A DNA stretch of 64,000 nucleotides, from assembly GCA_001643675.2 (NCBI GenBank), contig LSRY02000016.1, positions 1,116,001 to 1,180,000 on the forward strand, given 5' to 3'. The position numbers were made by a program, and so were the translations under genes. The first letter of the stretch is position 1, and each line of letters opens with the position of its first letter. Of the stretch, positions 36,801 through 49,615 are shown in pieces. This DNA is from Monocercomonoides exilis PA203 (lineage: Eukaryota; Protista; Preaxostyla). The notes beneath the pieces were generated by a model. The model worked only from the letters and a program-made list of their open reading frames with translations. It searched no databases and was not told the DNA's origin.

Positions 36801-39800
36801 AGTTCTTCGTCACAATCATTTTCGCTTGAAGATTGCACACTGACTTTTCAAGATTCCCAATCAGCGTTGTCTTTTGTGTTTTTGTCAGTGTCAGCAGGTG
36901 AGGCGTCTGTTTCATCGTTGAATGTCTTGTCTTTGGTTATTGGGAACTGTCCGTTGATTAATCTTGATGGAAACAATGCTGCTGGAACATTCACTTCCAT
37001 GAATGTTGAGGATATTAGCTCGACAGAAAATAGTGTTTTGTTTGGGGTGGCGAATGGAGCATCTTTGACGAGTGAAGATTCAACACTTTCAGTGAAAGCA
37101 TCTTCACAGGCAGATTTGCCATCAGGATCTATTCGAGTTATTTCCACAAATTCCGCCAAGTTGCTGAAGTTCACAAACAATACGATGAGCGGATTCAGAG
37201 GAATTGAAGGAAATGGAGGAGCTTTTGAATGCACACTTGGGAGAGAGTGCTCTCTGGAAATAGTTGGAGGGCTGATATCTGGGTGTGAGAGCAAAGGAGG
37301 AAATGGGGGAGGGTTGTGGGTTGAGATGAAAGAAGGATCGACATTCACTGTGGGAAACATGACAAATACTAACTCAGCAAGGACAATATTTTCGAGTGAT
37401 GAAAGTGGTTTGTTGCAACTGGTGAGCTGCAAGGCAACACAAACAGCAGGTGGGGAGCGTGGATATGGGGGAGGGATTTATGTTCATTTGGATGATGGAG
37501 CGAGTTCATTCATCTTGAAGGATGTTTCATTTCCTGGGTGCGATGCGAGAGAAGGGAAAGAGATCTTCGTTAATGCACATGATCTTTCAGGCGTGATTGA
37601 CAGAAACTCGATTAGATTTGATGTTGATTTGAATAACTTTTCAAAACTGAGTGGATTTGAGAGATCAACGCTGAATGAGACATTTGCCATTCCGCTGGTG
37701 GTGTATTTGTGGAACAACTTTTCTGCATCAGCATTTGTTGGAGGAGGATCGTCAAGCCATGATTTTTCGATGTGTGGATATGAAGCGTTTCCATGCACCA
37801 CGATTGCAAAGGCAGCATCTGTTCATTTTGAAGGGAAGAAAAAAGATGTTACTGTTCTTGAGCCATTTGTCTTTGGGGATGAATTGGGATTTGATTCGGA
37901 AGAATGGAGCATCAAAGCAAAGGAGAATGAAATGAAGTGCGGAGTTGCTGATCTGGCAGAAGGAGCACAAAGTGGATTGATGGAGAGCACAGTCACAACA
38001 TCTGTAACTGGTATTGTATTTTCGATATCTCAATCGCTGACATATCATGAAAGTGTGTTTTGTTGTCGTTCAGAGAAGCTCACACTGAGCAAGTGTGGGA
38101 TGGAAGGAGGCTCTGAGGCTATAACAACAGTGTTTGTGAAAGCTATTGGAGGGGTTGTGGAAGTGATTGAGTTTGGATCAGAAAGTGTTGCCAAATGGGG
38201 TTTTTCGTTTTTCATTGTTGAAGGAAATTCCGAAAGTGTGCCTTCGATGAATATGACGAACAGCAATTTTGGAGAAATCTCATTTGTTGATGGATGTGTT
38301 GTTGCGTGCCACAACGGAAATATCGAAGAGATATCTGGTTGCACATTTTCATCGATTACACGCTCGAAGGGAAGTGGAGGGTGCATCAGCATTACGAACG
38401 AGAACGATAATGATGGAAGAGATCACAAAGTGGAAATAAATGACTGCACATTCGAAGGATGTGCCGTTGATGGGGAGGAAGAAGAGTGCGGTGGAGGGGC
38501 ATTCTTTTTTGAAGCATCTCCAAAAACGAATCTTGTGGCAAATGAATGCACATTTGATGGTTGCACAGCACCATATGAAGGTGAAGTTGTTGGATATGGT
38601 GGAGGAATAATGCTGAAGATACTGAGAGAAGAAGAGGTTAATGGATGGTTTGTGATATCCTCACCTGTTTTTTCACCAAACAAGCCAAACAATGCGAAAT
38701 ATGGGAAGGATCTGTTCGTTTCGTCTCCATCGCTTGCCAGCAGCGTCAAGAACGAAACACTTCCATTTGTGAGAGATAGATTGGAGATGCTGACTGAAGA
38801 CTCTCTGAGAGGATATGACGGAGGAAACAGAGAGTGTGCAATCCCGCTGATCTATTTCTGGAAATCTATTGGATCGAGCGTCTATGTTTCACGAGAAGGA
38901 AACAACGTGGTTGTATGTGGATTAGAAGAATATCCGTGCGGATCCGTTGATTATGCGCTCAATAGGGCAAGCAACCTATCTCTTGAAGGGATGATAATAC
39001 AGGGGATTTGCGATGTGAAGAGGGAAATAAGGTTGCGCAGCATGAAAATGGAAGGAACAAATGACGAATCAGACAAAATCAAATTTGTTCAAGCGATTGA
39101 GGGAAATGCAGACGTTGTTGTTGAATGCAACGGAGTTACTGAATTTGAAAAAGTGGAGATTTCGATTCCATCATCCTTTGACAATCCAGCAAAAATTTTC
39201 ATCTGGACAGGTTCAGATTCAATCAAAGCGAGTCTTGTGTGCTGCTCAATCCATGCATATTCTAATGCTGGAAACAATTTATCCTTTGTTCTGATTTTGG
39301 CTGCAAAAGGAATTGTTCAGATAGAATCGACAAAGATCACAGAGCTGGGATCGATGCACGAGATAATGAGCATATCAGTTGATTGCAAAGTGTTGATGAA
39401 GAATGCAGCATTCGAAGATATTTCTTTGAATGGAGGAAGTGTTTTTGCTCTGGCCGAAACGCGGATATCTGGAGGTGGAAGCAATGCAGCCGACGAAGGA
39501 TGGAACACCATATTTGAGCAATGTGCATTCCTGAATGTGAAGCACAGTTCATCGGGAAATCCATCATTGCTTTGTTGTGGTGAGCAAAATGTTGTGAAAT
39601 TGAAAATGAATAATTCAACGATCCGTGATTGTGGATCAACAAGCTCGAATGAAGGGGGATCTGTATTCTTTGGACTCAGCGAAGGCGGGTTGTTGGAAAT
39701 CAACCACACAAATGTGACAGAGTGTTTCTGCTCGAATATTGGGAGAGGAGGAGGGATGTTTTTGAAATCACAAAGTGCCTCGCAGAAGGCATTGCCATTT

Positions 39801-42491
39801 GTGCTATCGAACATCACATTCCGAGGGAATGCTGCATTGAAGGGGAGAGATGTGTTTGTGAAGTGCACTGACCTTGACTCGCAGATAAGTGAATCACAGT
39901 TCCTAATAAATTTTGGGGAGCCATTTGTGAAGGAGCTGGCAATATGGGGATGCACAGCAGACAATTATGAGGATGAAGAGGATCTGTTGGGAAGGGTGTA
40001 TGTGTTCAGGAGCGAATTCATATTTGTGTCATCGATTGTGGGGAACAGCAGCGACAGCAAGAATTGTGGGGAAATGAAGAGCGCATGCTCATCGCTGAAT
40101 GTTGGGGTGAGCCACATCATCCCGTCTGATTATTCTCAGCTGTTTATCTGGAATGAAACAGCTTTAACAGGCTCGTGCTCTGCTCAAAAGGTGACGACCA
40201 AGTCAATGGAATCGAATAGGAATGCCGAGATAAAAGTGAGTGAGGTTGAGTTGGCAGGGGAGGAAGTTGTGAGAACTTCGGAATCTGTTCGATTTGAGAG
40301 AGTGTCACTTGTTTTTGATGGAATGTGTAACATTGCCTGCTCGTGCTTAATACGCCAATTGAATGGATTTCTCTTTTTGGGATCTGTTTCATTTCTGGCT
40401 GAGAGTGGATCACTTTGGAATTCACAGAACAATTTAGATTTTTCATTGTTAACTGTTGAGGATGGACTGCTCGAGGGAAGCGAGTGCAGCATATGCAGCT
40501 TGCAATTAGCAAAGTCAGCGTTTCGTGTGTTGACTTCTGAAAGCGTAAAGTTTCAGGATCTCACAATCAGCAATGTTCAATGCCTGAGCTCAGTGATAGA
40601 GTGCGGTATTAGCCAGAGTGTTAGCATTTCCAAATTGAAAGCAGAAAATACAACTCTGCAAAATGGTTGTATGATTTCTTCGAAAGAGAGTTCTTCTTTG
40701 CTTTTTTCATTGTCATTATCATCATTTGCGAACATCAGCCGATCATCATCTGGACCAAGCGTTATTTTCACGTCTCACGCAAAGTCTGCCTCTGAAATGT
40801 TCAACTGTTCATTTTGCGAATGCGCATCAGCATCTGCGAAAGGGAGTCAAGTGGCAATGGTCTCTGCCGATGAGATGATGGTCGATCAGTGCAAGTTTGA
40901 AGGGAATCTTGCTGGTGGTTCAGAGGAAATGAATGTTGCTGAAGAGGGCATCTGCGAATGGAACGGCTCTGTTGTTGATTTCTCTGATTGTGTCACTGAG
41001 ATAAGAGACACAACAGTTTGCGACTCCTCGAAAGGCGGGTTGACAGCGAGTGGCGGTGCTGTGACGATTGAAGCATGCAATTTCAACAACAATAATCCAT
41101 CTATTTTGCACTATCCATCGGTAAGACGGAACATCATTTGCTCAGATTTTGGGGTTGTAAATGTGATGAGTGTGAAAGGAGGAGATGGATTGGAAAGAAA
41201 TACTTCACTTTGGATATTGAATGATGGATGCAGCTTTGAAGGGATTGTTTCAGAGAGGGATTCATCATTCTTTATTCCTGTTCTGGAGAGTGTGGAAGCA
41301 AAAGAAGAGACAGATAGAATGAAGTTGACTTTCAAAGGGATGCTTCTTGTTCCATGCAATCTATCATTCGCAGTTGTTAAGAAGAATGGAGAAGAGAAAG
41401 AGATTGAAAAACATGATTTTGAAACAAATGGGTTTTTGACGGAAAGAGAAGTTGAAGGGAGCGTGGGAAAAGATCTCGTCAGCAACTGTGGAGAAGAGGT
41501 GGAAGTGAGTGTATACATTTTGTTTGGAGATAAAAATAGTCCATCATCCACTGATTCTATCATTCTGAAGAATAGAAGTGTTAAAGTGAAGGATGACGAA
41601 AGAATATCTGAGGAAGATAACAAAATCGAATGGAGTTTGATTGCATTCATTGGTTGTGTGATAGTTGTTGCGATTCTGTTGTTTGTAATAATAATAATTG
41701 TTGTGCTTAAGAAGAAACAAAATAAAGGTAAAAGGAAAGTTGGAGATGGAGATATAGAAGGAACAAAGAATATTGTGAGAGGGGAATGGAGAAAAGAAGA
41801 TGTTGTGCAAAGAGAGGAGGAGGAAGAAGATAAGGTGCAAGTAGTATTGGATGGAGAAACGGGAAATGAGATGGGAATGTCAACAGAGAAAGTCGAGGAG
41901 CTTGATGTACATGAGAACAAAGAAGTTATTGAGAATACATTTGATTGTGAGGAAGTGATCGGAGTGATGCCAGTGAATTATGTTGAAATGCAAACAGTTG
42001 CTTTGCTTCAAAGCTGTGGAGAGGATGGAAGCATGGAGAGTGCTGCTTGTGCGGGTGGAATAGAAGATCAGAATATGCGAAAAGGAGATGGAAAAGCGAA
42101 AAGGGGGAAGAGAAGGAAGGGGAAGAAACGAAGGCAAGTGGAAGAGATTGATGAAATTGGGGATGAGAGGGGTGGTTCGGAGATTGGATTGAATGAGTTG
42201 GGTGGAGCAGCTTCTGATGATGGAAGAAATGGAAGTCCAACAGAATATTATATTGGGATATGTTCAGCACCAAATAGCCATTTTTCGATGATTGGAGACG
42301 ATTCAGAAGATCAGGGGATGAAGAGAACAATGGAAGAAGAAAGAAAAGTGGTGAAAGAAGTCAGAGAAGAAGAAGGAGAAGTGATTAAACTCAAGAAAAG
42401 GAAGAAAAAGAAAAAGAAAAATCAGAAAAGGGAAGATAAATCGGAAATTGTTAAGGATGTTGCTGAAATGGGGTTGATTGATGCGGGATAA
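33875..42491 (+). CDS. Giant (~2855 aa) type-I surface protein with signal peptide, ~5 Cys/Gly beta-helix-like modules, TM helix and acidic/basic cytoplasmic tail; intron 33971-34019
   Basis: The MSGQLLLLICLLIAKALA signal exon splices in phase 0 (GTTTGT..CAG) onto the 2816-aa ORF. GGAL/GGGI and FxxN motifs. TM helix WSLIAFIGCVIVVAILLFVIIIIVVL followed by KKK. Confidence 0.87.
37513..41188 (+). repeat. Near-identical duplicated ectodomain block, copy 2
   Basis: Matches 1-3676. Confidence 0.97.
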
Positions 42492-43329
42492 AAGGCTGTT
42501 GATCAAGATAGATAATATTGTTGTGGTTGGTTCAGAAAATGAAGGAGGATGTGAGAGAGGGGAGAATGAAGCTCAGAAAACAGAAAAAATAATAATATGA
42601 AAGAACTTTCAAATGATTAAAGCGCTGATGGAACTGCAGTGCTCCATGAAAATCAGTTCATTTGCGAAATGAAAGATCCTCCCAATTGAACATTTTTGCT
42701 GTATCTTCTTAAAAGAGAAGAGTCGGGATAGCTTTGCCTCAATATGAACCAGAGATTGTTTCCATTACTGTTGTACCTCATTCTTTCACAAAATATTTTG
42801 TATTCATTGTTATTCAATAATTTTATTTTTGCAAATGCTGTGTTTGTGTATTTTTCCAACAGGAAGTATTAGTAGGAAGCATTTCACTTTATTCGTTTAA
42901 TTTCAGAAATTTTTTTAACTGACTGTAATGTTTTTGTTCAATTTTCTTCTTGGCTTTGACTTTTTTGAAATTCTAAACTATTTCCTTTCTTTTTTCGATA
43001 TTTCTGTCTCAGCATCACAACTCATTTACTTGTCTTTTTGTTTGCTTGCTTTATCAATAGTTATCTAAAGGGATTGATTGCTTTTCTTCTAACAAACAGT
43101 GCAAATGAAAACTGTCAGATATTTTCATGGTTAGTTTCTCTTTCTTTCAATTGAAGGGTGTTATGCTTTTTCTTTTTGTATAAACGATAATATGATAACA
43201 AATAGACATAAGTGGAATCATAATTGTAACATTTTTCTTTTGTGAATTAAACAAAATTGTTTCAAAAAAAAAGATGAGCCAAAAATGATACATCCATAAA
43301 AAGGTTCAAAAAAAAACCAAAAACTTTGA

Positions 43330-44462
43330 AAAACAATTTAATTCTTTCTGTAACTTCATTTTGTTTCTTTCACTCAGAACACTCAATCTGATTTTCACGT
43401 AAAAGCATTATTGATCAAGTATGGAAAAGATCTAAATCAGTTTGTAGTTGGAAAGTCTTTTTAATCTGTAATCGTTGTTTTAGGGATGCCATCTTCAAAA
43501 ACTCTATCACTCATCATTTTCCATTTTATTTCTATTGGATTGAGATCAGGGGTTGAAGAGGTACAAGGGACAATGAGTATTCGATTTTCTTCACAGAAGT
43601 TTTTTTCAAGTTTTGTTCTAAGAATAAGTGTGTTATCATGTTTGAACCTCCAGCAAAAAGACCACTTTGCATCAGCTTGAGGTTACATAGAATGCTTCAA
43701 AATATGTCTAAATCCTTCTGAAAAGTTCCTTTTGTTAAATATTCAGGAAAAAATGAAAATTGAATAATTTCATCAAAATTTCATACCGACACTCCAAATT
43801 GTTCACCACGATGGATGTGATAACATTATCTATCATTTACATTCAAATTGTTGAAACATAATGAGTTGGAATAAAATTTTGATTAGAATCTTCAGTTTGC
43901 ATTTCACCCTGAAAACAAAACAATAGGAACTTTACATTAAAATTTTAACATATTCACATGATCAACTGAATTAATTGAATTTTCGAATGTTAACAATTGA
44001 CTCTTGAAATCCATCCCAACTGCTTCCCATTCCATAAGTTTTAACATAAACTTCTGATTTAGGTGACCGTTTGAAATAAAATCGTTCAATGGAACCCATG
44101 TTATTATGCTGTTATCTGTCCTGCCGATGTCATTTTTTTTTGTAAGTTAAACAATAATGCTTTTATTTATTGTCATCTCTCAAATAGCACTCGGCAAAGA
44201 ATTTTCTTTGTTGTTTTGTGCAATTCGTTTCGAATGGTCTTTAATCGAATCGAGAACTTGGATAAAACACTTCACAAAAGAAGTCAAGCAGTTGTTCAAC
44301 AACAATGAACGCCAGACGCTTCTGTGACATCTCAAGCCCTCTGGATACGATTTTCATGTAATTCAATGTTAACAGAATATCTGTTCTTTTAAATAAGAAA
44401 CGTTGGATGTAAAAATTTATGCTTTGATTTTCTTTTATCACAGCCTTTTTGTGTTGATTCAT
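43330..44462 (-). pseudogene. Tc1-like transposase relic
   Basis: Manual minus-strand translation gives WRFKHDN and FCEENRILIVPCTSSTPDLNPIEIKWKMM (PDLNPIE at 43530-43550). Many stops; boundaries approximate. Confidence 0.75.
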
Positions 44463-44653
44463 ATTTGTTTATTATTTATGTCATTTCGTTTTTATGCAAG
44501 TTGATCAATGAAAAATTAATAATATCGAAAATAATTTTTCATTCGAATAATGAATGCGTTCCATTTAATTTTAAAGTGCAATATTGAAGTTGGATCAAAG
44601 ACGATGTTTCCTCTTTTTTGAACCTAATGAAAATTGTGTTCTTTTTTTTCGTA

Positions 44654-44921
44654 TGGAAAAAAATGAAACTTAAAGCCTTTTCATTGAAAAATTGAACACT
44701 TTTAATTGACTTTTAGTTATCAAAAAACTTAAATAAATGAGCACATTTCTTCTTATTCAAAAAAAATCACTTTTTATCATTTGTTATTATGTCAATGATG
44801 TTTGTTTTCCAATATGTTAATATAACTTTTTTTGAAATAGAAGAGTGATTTGTAAAGTCGTTTGAGAAACAAAGTTTTTATGCTTTGAATGAAAAATCTT
44901 GAAAGTCTATATTTTTCCCGA
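44654..44921 (+). mobile_element. MITE family A copy, diverged
   Basis: TA-flanked; contains GCCTTTTCATTGAAAAATT, GTCAATGATGTTTG and TCTTGAAAGTCTATATTTTTCCC. Confidence 0.75.
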
Positions 44922-46145
44922 TATTAAAAAAAAATCATTAATAATTCATCAAATTAATAAGACACTGGATTTTGTAGATTTTTCTATGACAAAATTTCTA
45001 TCTGAGCAGAACTGCCTTGTATGGTGGTGTTTTCCTTGTGTCTAATCAAATCCGAATTTTTTATCATTTCTGAAAACTGTAATTATAAGATACAGCTTTT
45101 AGCAATGCAACTTTGCTGTGAACATTTGTTTGCGAGTTATACACACTTGTTATTTTTGCATCAACGTTACTGTTTTATTCTTCAAAAATTGCATATTGAA
45201 CAAAAATGTCAAAATTGAAAACTCCATAATTGATTGCCAAACCATCAAATATTGCTTGAATTTTAGAAAAATTTTTTTTTCGGTATTCGAATGTCAGAAC
45301 ATATTCTCCATCATATGTCCTGCTTCATTCCGAGATTTCTTCTCAAAGAAACCATCTCCATCTATTCATTTTTCACTCTTTCTTGATGTGGACACATCAG
45401 AGAAACAAAAATAACTGTAATTTGATGTTGTAAGTCAAAAATATTGTCATTCATTATTTCTTCAGGGAGGAAACCAGGGCCTTTGATATTCAAATGGGAA
45501 TTTTTTATTTTTAACTTTCGAAATGTTTGCATTTCATTTCATGAATAGAAACAAAGAAAAATAGTAAACATTTGTCTAAATATGGGTGTTCATTTTTGAA
45601 ATCATATTTTTTTTATATGGGTGATTTTTTTTGACGTCATAAAAAAAGATCAAAAATCGAAATAATAATACTTATTGTGGTATTCTTTGATCAAAGAGAA
45701 AATTGATTTATAACAGTATTAAGCTTTTATTTCTGTCATATATATTTGTTTTATTGTTATATTCAAAAAAACACACCTTTTTTTATGTTTTTAGTTAAAA
45801 AGGATTTTTTGATCAAGAAAAAAAAATTAACCAAAAATAAATAAAGTTAAACCAACAAAACTCATCGAAAATATAAAATAAAAGATTCTTAACATATCAA
45901 ACAAAGATAATAAAAGGAAAAAACATTTGAAAAAACTTATAAAAATGCAACAAATTTGTGAATTTTTTAAATACGAAGAAAAAGAAATGTGTTTTCCATT
46001 AATCAATCTGAAACCTCATCAAAAATTTCCACATCTGCTGATCTGCTCAACAGACTTAGTGAATTTTGTTTCAAAAAATGAAGGAGTTACAATAATTTAT
46101 GATAACATCTTTCATAAGCTCTTCTTTTTCTCTTAATTCTTCATA

Positions 46146-46414
46146 TGGGGGAAAATACTATCATTCAAGCTTTTTTTGCACAAAGCACGAAAAAATTGCT
46201 TCATTTATAACATAATTAAACTTAATTAGATTAAAAATTAAATCGAATTATTCTTATCCGCAAACAAACGTCATAGATATAATAACAAAATGTTTTGTGA
46301 ACTCACACGTAATTCAAAAGTCGTTCTCATTTTCAATAAATTTTAATCGCAAAAAGAAAATCAAAAGTGTATAATTTTTCAATGAAAATGCCTGAAGTGA
46401 AATGTTTTGCCCCA
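46146..46414 (-). mobile_element. MITE family A copy, inverted, with TA target duplication
   Basis: CATA|TGGGGGAAAATAC...TGCCTGAAGTGAAATGTTTTGCCCCA|TATG. Confidence 0.88.
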
Positions 46415-47758
46415 TATGGAAAGTGTCCAGGGCGAAGGGATTGGGGAGTGATTTGGAGATGATATTTTCACAAGCAAATACAATGATATTTTTCATTTTG
46501 AATAATGGAATTTGAGCAAAAAACGTAAATTTCTCATGTTTCAGAAGGGAGGGAAATTGATGGATTTGATTGAGAAATGACTTCTGGAATATGGATTTGC
46601 AAATCAGATGATGATACACTTGAAAAAGGAAGGAATAATGAATTTTTATTGGAGGGAAACAGATACCAACTGAATAGAATATAGACATTGGCTAAAAAAA
46701 TAGGTTCTGAAGGTTTGTTGTTGTTTTTTTTGAAGTGATTATTATTTTGTTTCAAGAATGCTGAAAGAATGAAGGATTATATGGCTTTGAAGAAGAAGAA
46801 GAAAAGCAGGGAAGGAAGAATAAAGAAGGACAGATGAATTGCGAGATAAATCGAAGATTCCTGGTATTAACCTTTGGAGAAGAATTATTTTTGATAGAAC
46901 GCAGTGAGACAGGTTTGCTCGGAGATAATGAGTATTGATCACGATTTATGGGAGGTTTAAGTGAAAACTCCACCTTCCCAAATTCGACGTGGAAAAAAAG
47001 GTGAGATGGAAATATGGACAATGACATGTTAAATAATAAAAAGAACATTATGAATTGTACACTTTTATTCCCCACAGACTTCGCCTTTTCGCCTTGGTCT
47101 TGAAGACCAATGGGCAGGAGACATTGCCCCTCGGAGCTGTCTCCTGCAGGCTGTGCAGGGATCCGGTGATGCGAGTATTCTTGTTGGAGCAGAAAGAAAA
47201 ACCACTCTCGCTTTCGCGAGGCGTGGAAAAGAAAACTGCCTATGCAGGACTCTGCCTCCCGCACTTCTGCTGGTCCAGTTGCACAAATTCATTCACCACA
47301 CGCTGTGTGGGCTTATCTGCCTCTTCTCTTCGCAAATAGTTCAAAAAACAAAACAAGGAGTAGGATTATTCATAAAACTTTCAATTTATTCCATGTTTCT
47401 CTATTCAGGTTATATGAACACACTGATCTGTTCAGTCGGTTGATCCTTCTCTTTCTCCTTCCACATCTCGCACCTTTTTTCTCGTCATCTTCTCACAAGC
47501 ATGTCGCTTTCCTTCGCACACAGCCGCTTTGAGTCTATCCATCCGCGTTTCCATTATCTCGGAGCAAACCTGCCTCACTGTGTTTTTATTAATTCGCAAC
47601 GGAGCGAATCATCAAACGCAAGGAGCAGGTTTTCTCCTCAATAATGAGTCTCGAAATCCCTTTTCTTTCCGTATGTGTGATCTAAAACCCCTTTTCTAGT
47701 ACGCTCTAGTGCTGCGGATGAGTTGAGAGCGTGCGTGTAGTGGTGCTGACCTCCTGCT

Positions 47759-48967
47759 CTACCCCCGCTCCCTCTTGGGGTATCTTTGGGGAGACATCGA
47801 TCTGACCCTTGCCTCCTCAGTGTTATCCCCTATCTGTCCTATTCTTCTTCCACTGCGCTTCCTCCGATCCTTTGCTCTCTTCTTCAGCGGAGTTGAATCC
47901 TTCTCTCCCATCAGCTCACAGATATTATTGGGAATAATGGAGGGTGTCTTCTGGCGACTCGGTTGTCGGGGTGTTGAGCTTTGTGACTGAGCCATTTCAC
48001 CTCTGTTTTCATCTCCACTCTGCAATTTCTTTCTTCCTCTTGATCGCTTTCTCGTAAGCTTCTTCCCTATCTCAGATCCCGCTTTGTGTAATTCCTCTGT
48101 GCGATCCTTCATATCTGCATCTGCTATCTCTAGCGTCCCCTCCTTCGAATCTCCACTCTTATCTGGCTTGTAATCTTCTCCCCTCTGGAGTACTGATCCA
48201 CCGATTGTCTCCAGGATCCATCTCGTGTCTTGAACTGGCAGCACGGTGTAATACTCCTTGGCCACTCTCGAACCCTTCGCCCATCTCGCATAAGCATTGA
48301 TAGCCTTCCAGTCCACTCCTTCTTGTCTTGCAAAGTGTGTAATCACTGCGTGTCTTATAGAGTACGCGATGAAAGTTTCGGGAATTTCGTTCTCTCTCAA
48401 AATAGCTGTTAGTTCTTCTTTGATCTTCTGTAGGTTAGCGGGTCTACTCCCCTCTATATCGAACCACACATGTTCGCACTTAAAGGTCGTCTTCACATAG
48501 TCCATCCAACATTGAAGCGCCCATATTGCATCGATACGTGGGTTGGGATGTTTCCGTTTTATAACTTTGATAATCTCACCTCCCGACGTCTTTGTTCGCA
48601 CTTGTGTCTGGACAGAGTTATCTTTAAATATCGTTGTCACACTTCTCATTCTTTCCAGCTCTGCTGGGCTTAAAGCACCAAAGATCATGGTAAGGATGAG
48701 GGCTCTCCTCTGGAGGATCTGTGGGTCCGTCATCTCATGGGTGGCTTCTGCCCATTGAATGATTATTGTGAGATCCCACATCGTCTTGAACCGTTTGCCC
48801 TTTCTCGGCTTATCTCCCACATAAGTTTTTAGAAAAATTTCTATGTCCTCTCGATCAATCTTTGTTTCTCTAAATAGGTTGATGGAATCCAGTATTTTCC
48901 GTACTTTCTGATGAATCACTCCATTTGAGAGGTTTGTATTCGAGAGTGTTTCGGTGAACTCTGCCAT
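47759..48967 (-). CDS. Tyrosine recombinase of DIRS element A, probably inactive
   Basis: WDL..I, RALILTMIFGALSPAEL, RTKT, AYSIRHA, ARW..GSRVAKEYY. The catalytic Arg-I position reads S. Confidence 0.8.
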   Translation of the reverse strand: MAEFTETLSNTNLSNGVIHQKVRKILDSINLFRETKIDREDIEIFLKTYVGDKPRKGKRFKTMWDLTIIIQWAEATHEMTDPQILQRRALILTMIFGALSPAELERMRSVTTIFKDNSVQTQVRTKTSGGEIIKVIKRKHPNPRIDAIWALQCWMDYVKTTFKCEHVWFDIEGSRPANLQKIKEELTAILRENEIPETFIAYSIRHAVITHFARQEGVDWKAINAYARWAKGSRVAKEYYTVLPVQDTRWILETIGGSVLQRGEDYKPDKSGDSKEGTLEIADADMKDRTEELHKAGSEIGKKLTRKRSRGRKKLQSGDENRGEMAQSQSSTPRQPSRQKTPSIIPNNICELMGEKDSTPLKKRAKDRRKRSGRRIGQIGDNTEEARVRSMSPQRYPKRERG

Positions 48968-49132
48968 AATCCATTTTGCATCTTTCTCTATAAGGTGTCT
49001 GTTTCATCTATTCTTTCTCTGTCCAAAAATTGTTAAAAAATTTGTGCAGCGCTCTTCACGTATCTCTCTCACTCTTTTGATTTCTATGTATTGCTGCTGC
49101 TATGTATTTTGCTCCAATGTGATCTCCATATG

Positions 49133-49615
49133 TTAAAAAGAGATCCATTCCAGGGGAATTTTCCTCTCCAGTGTGATGCTTATCACCTCTCCTGGGGGTA
49201 ATTTCCAGCCTTCCCTTCTCATCTTCGCTCCTAGGATCATGCACTCCTGAAAGGTCCTGAGGGTCTTTGTCAAATGCCCTGGCTGCAGCAGCGGGGTCCA
49301 GGTCTGCCCCCGCCAGGCTGGCAGAATCAGAATCGTTAGTTCCCTCTGAGCTTCGTTCATCTTCTCCTTCAGCACCCGTCCAATATTTCTCAGGAACGTG
49401 TGGACAAACACTGCTTCGTTTTCTTACATTTCTCTCCCTCTCTTCTTTCTCAGATAGGATAGTCTCCAAGTTCTTCCGCAGGGAACCTGTGCAATCTGTT
49501 CTAAGATTGTATCTAGAATTTTCGGTGCGATTGTTTGTAATATCTCTGCGACTTTTTCCTCTCTCAGTGCATGGTTCGGTTTTTTCAAAGTCCGGCTGAG
49601 TGCGTCTATCAGCAT
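49133..49615 (-). pseudogene. RNase H C-terminus and methyltransferase-like domain remnants of DIRS A
   Basis: DALSR; IGRVLKEK..ILILPAWRGQTW; GWKLPPG parallels GACLPPG in element B. Confidence 0.7.

Noticed and set aside
44990-45500. Coding-like remnants here and at 5850-6130 and 31500-31700
   Set aside because: No recognisable motif or sustained reading frame.
47636-47745. Hammerhead-like ATGAG-TCT-CGAAA motif and a nearby 9-bp stem
   Set aside because: The CUGANGA core is not matched, flanking helices are not evident, and it is antisense to the element.
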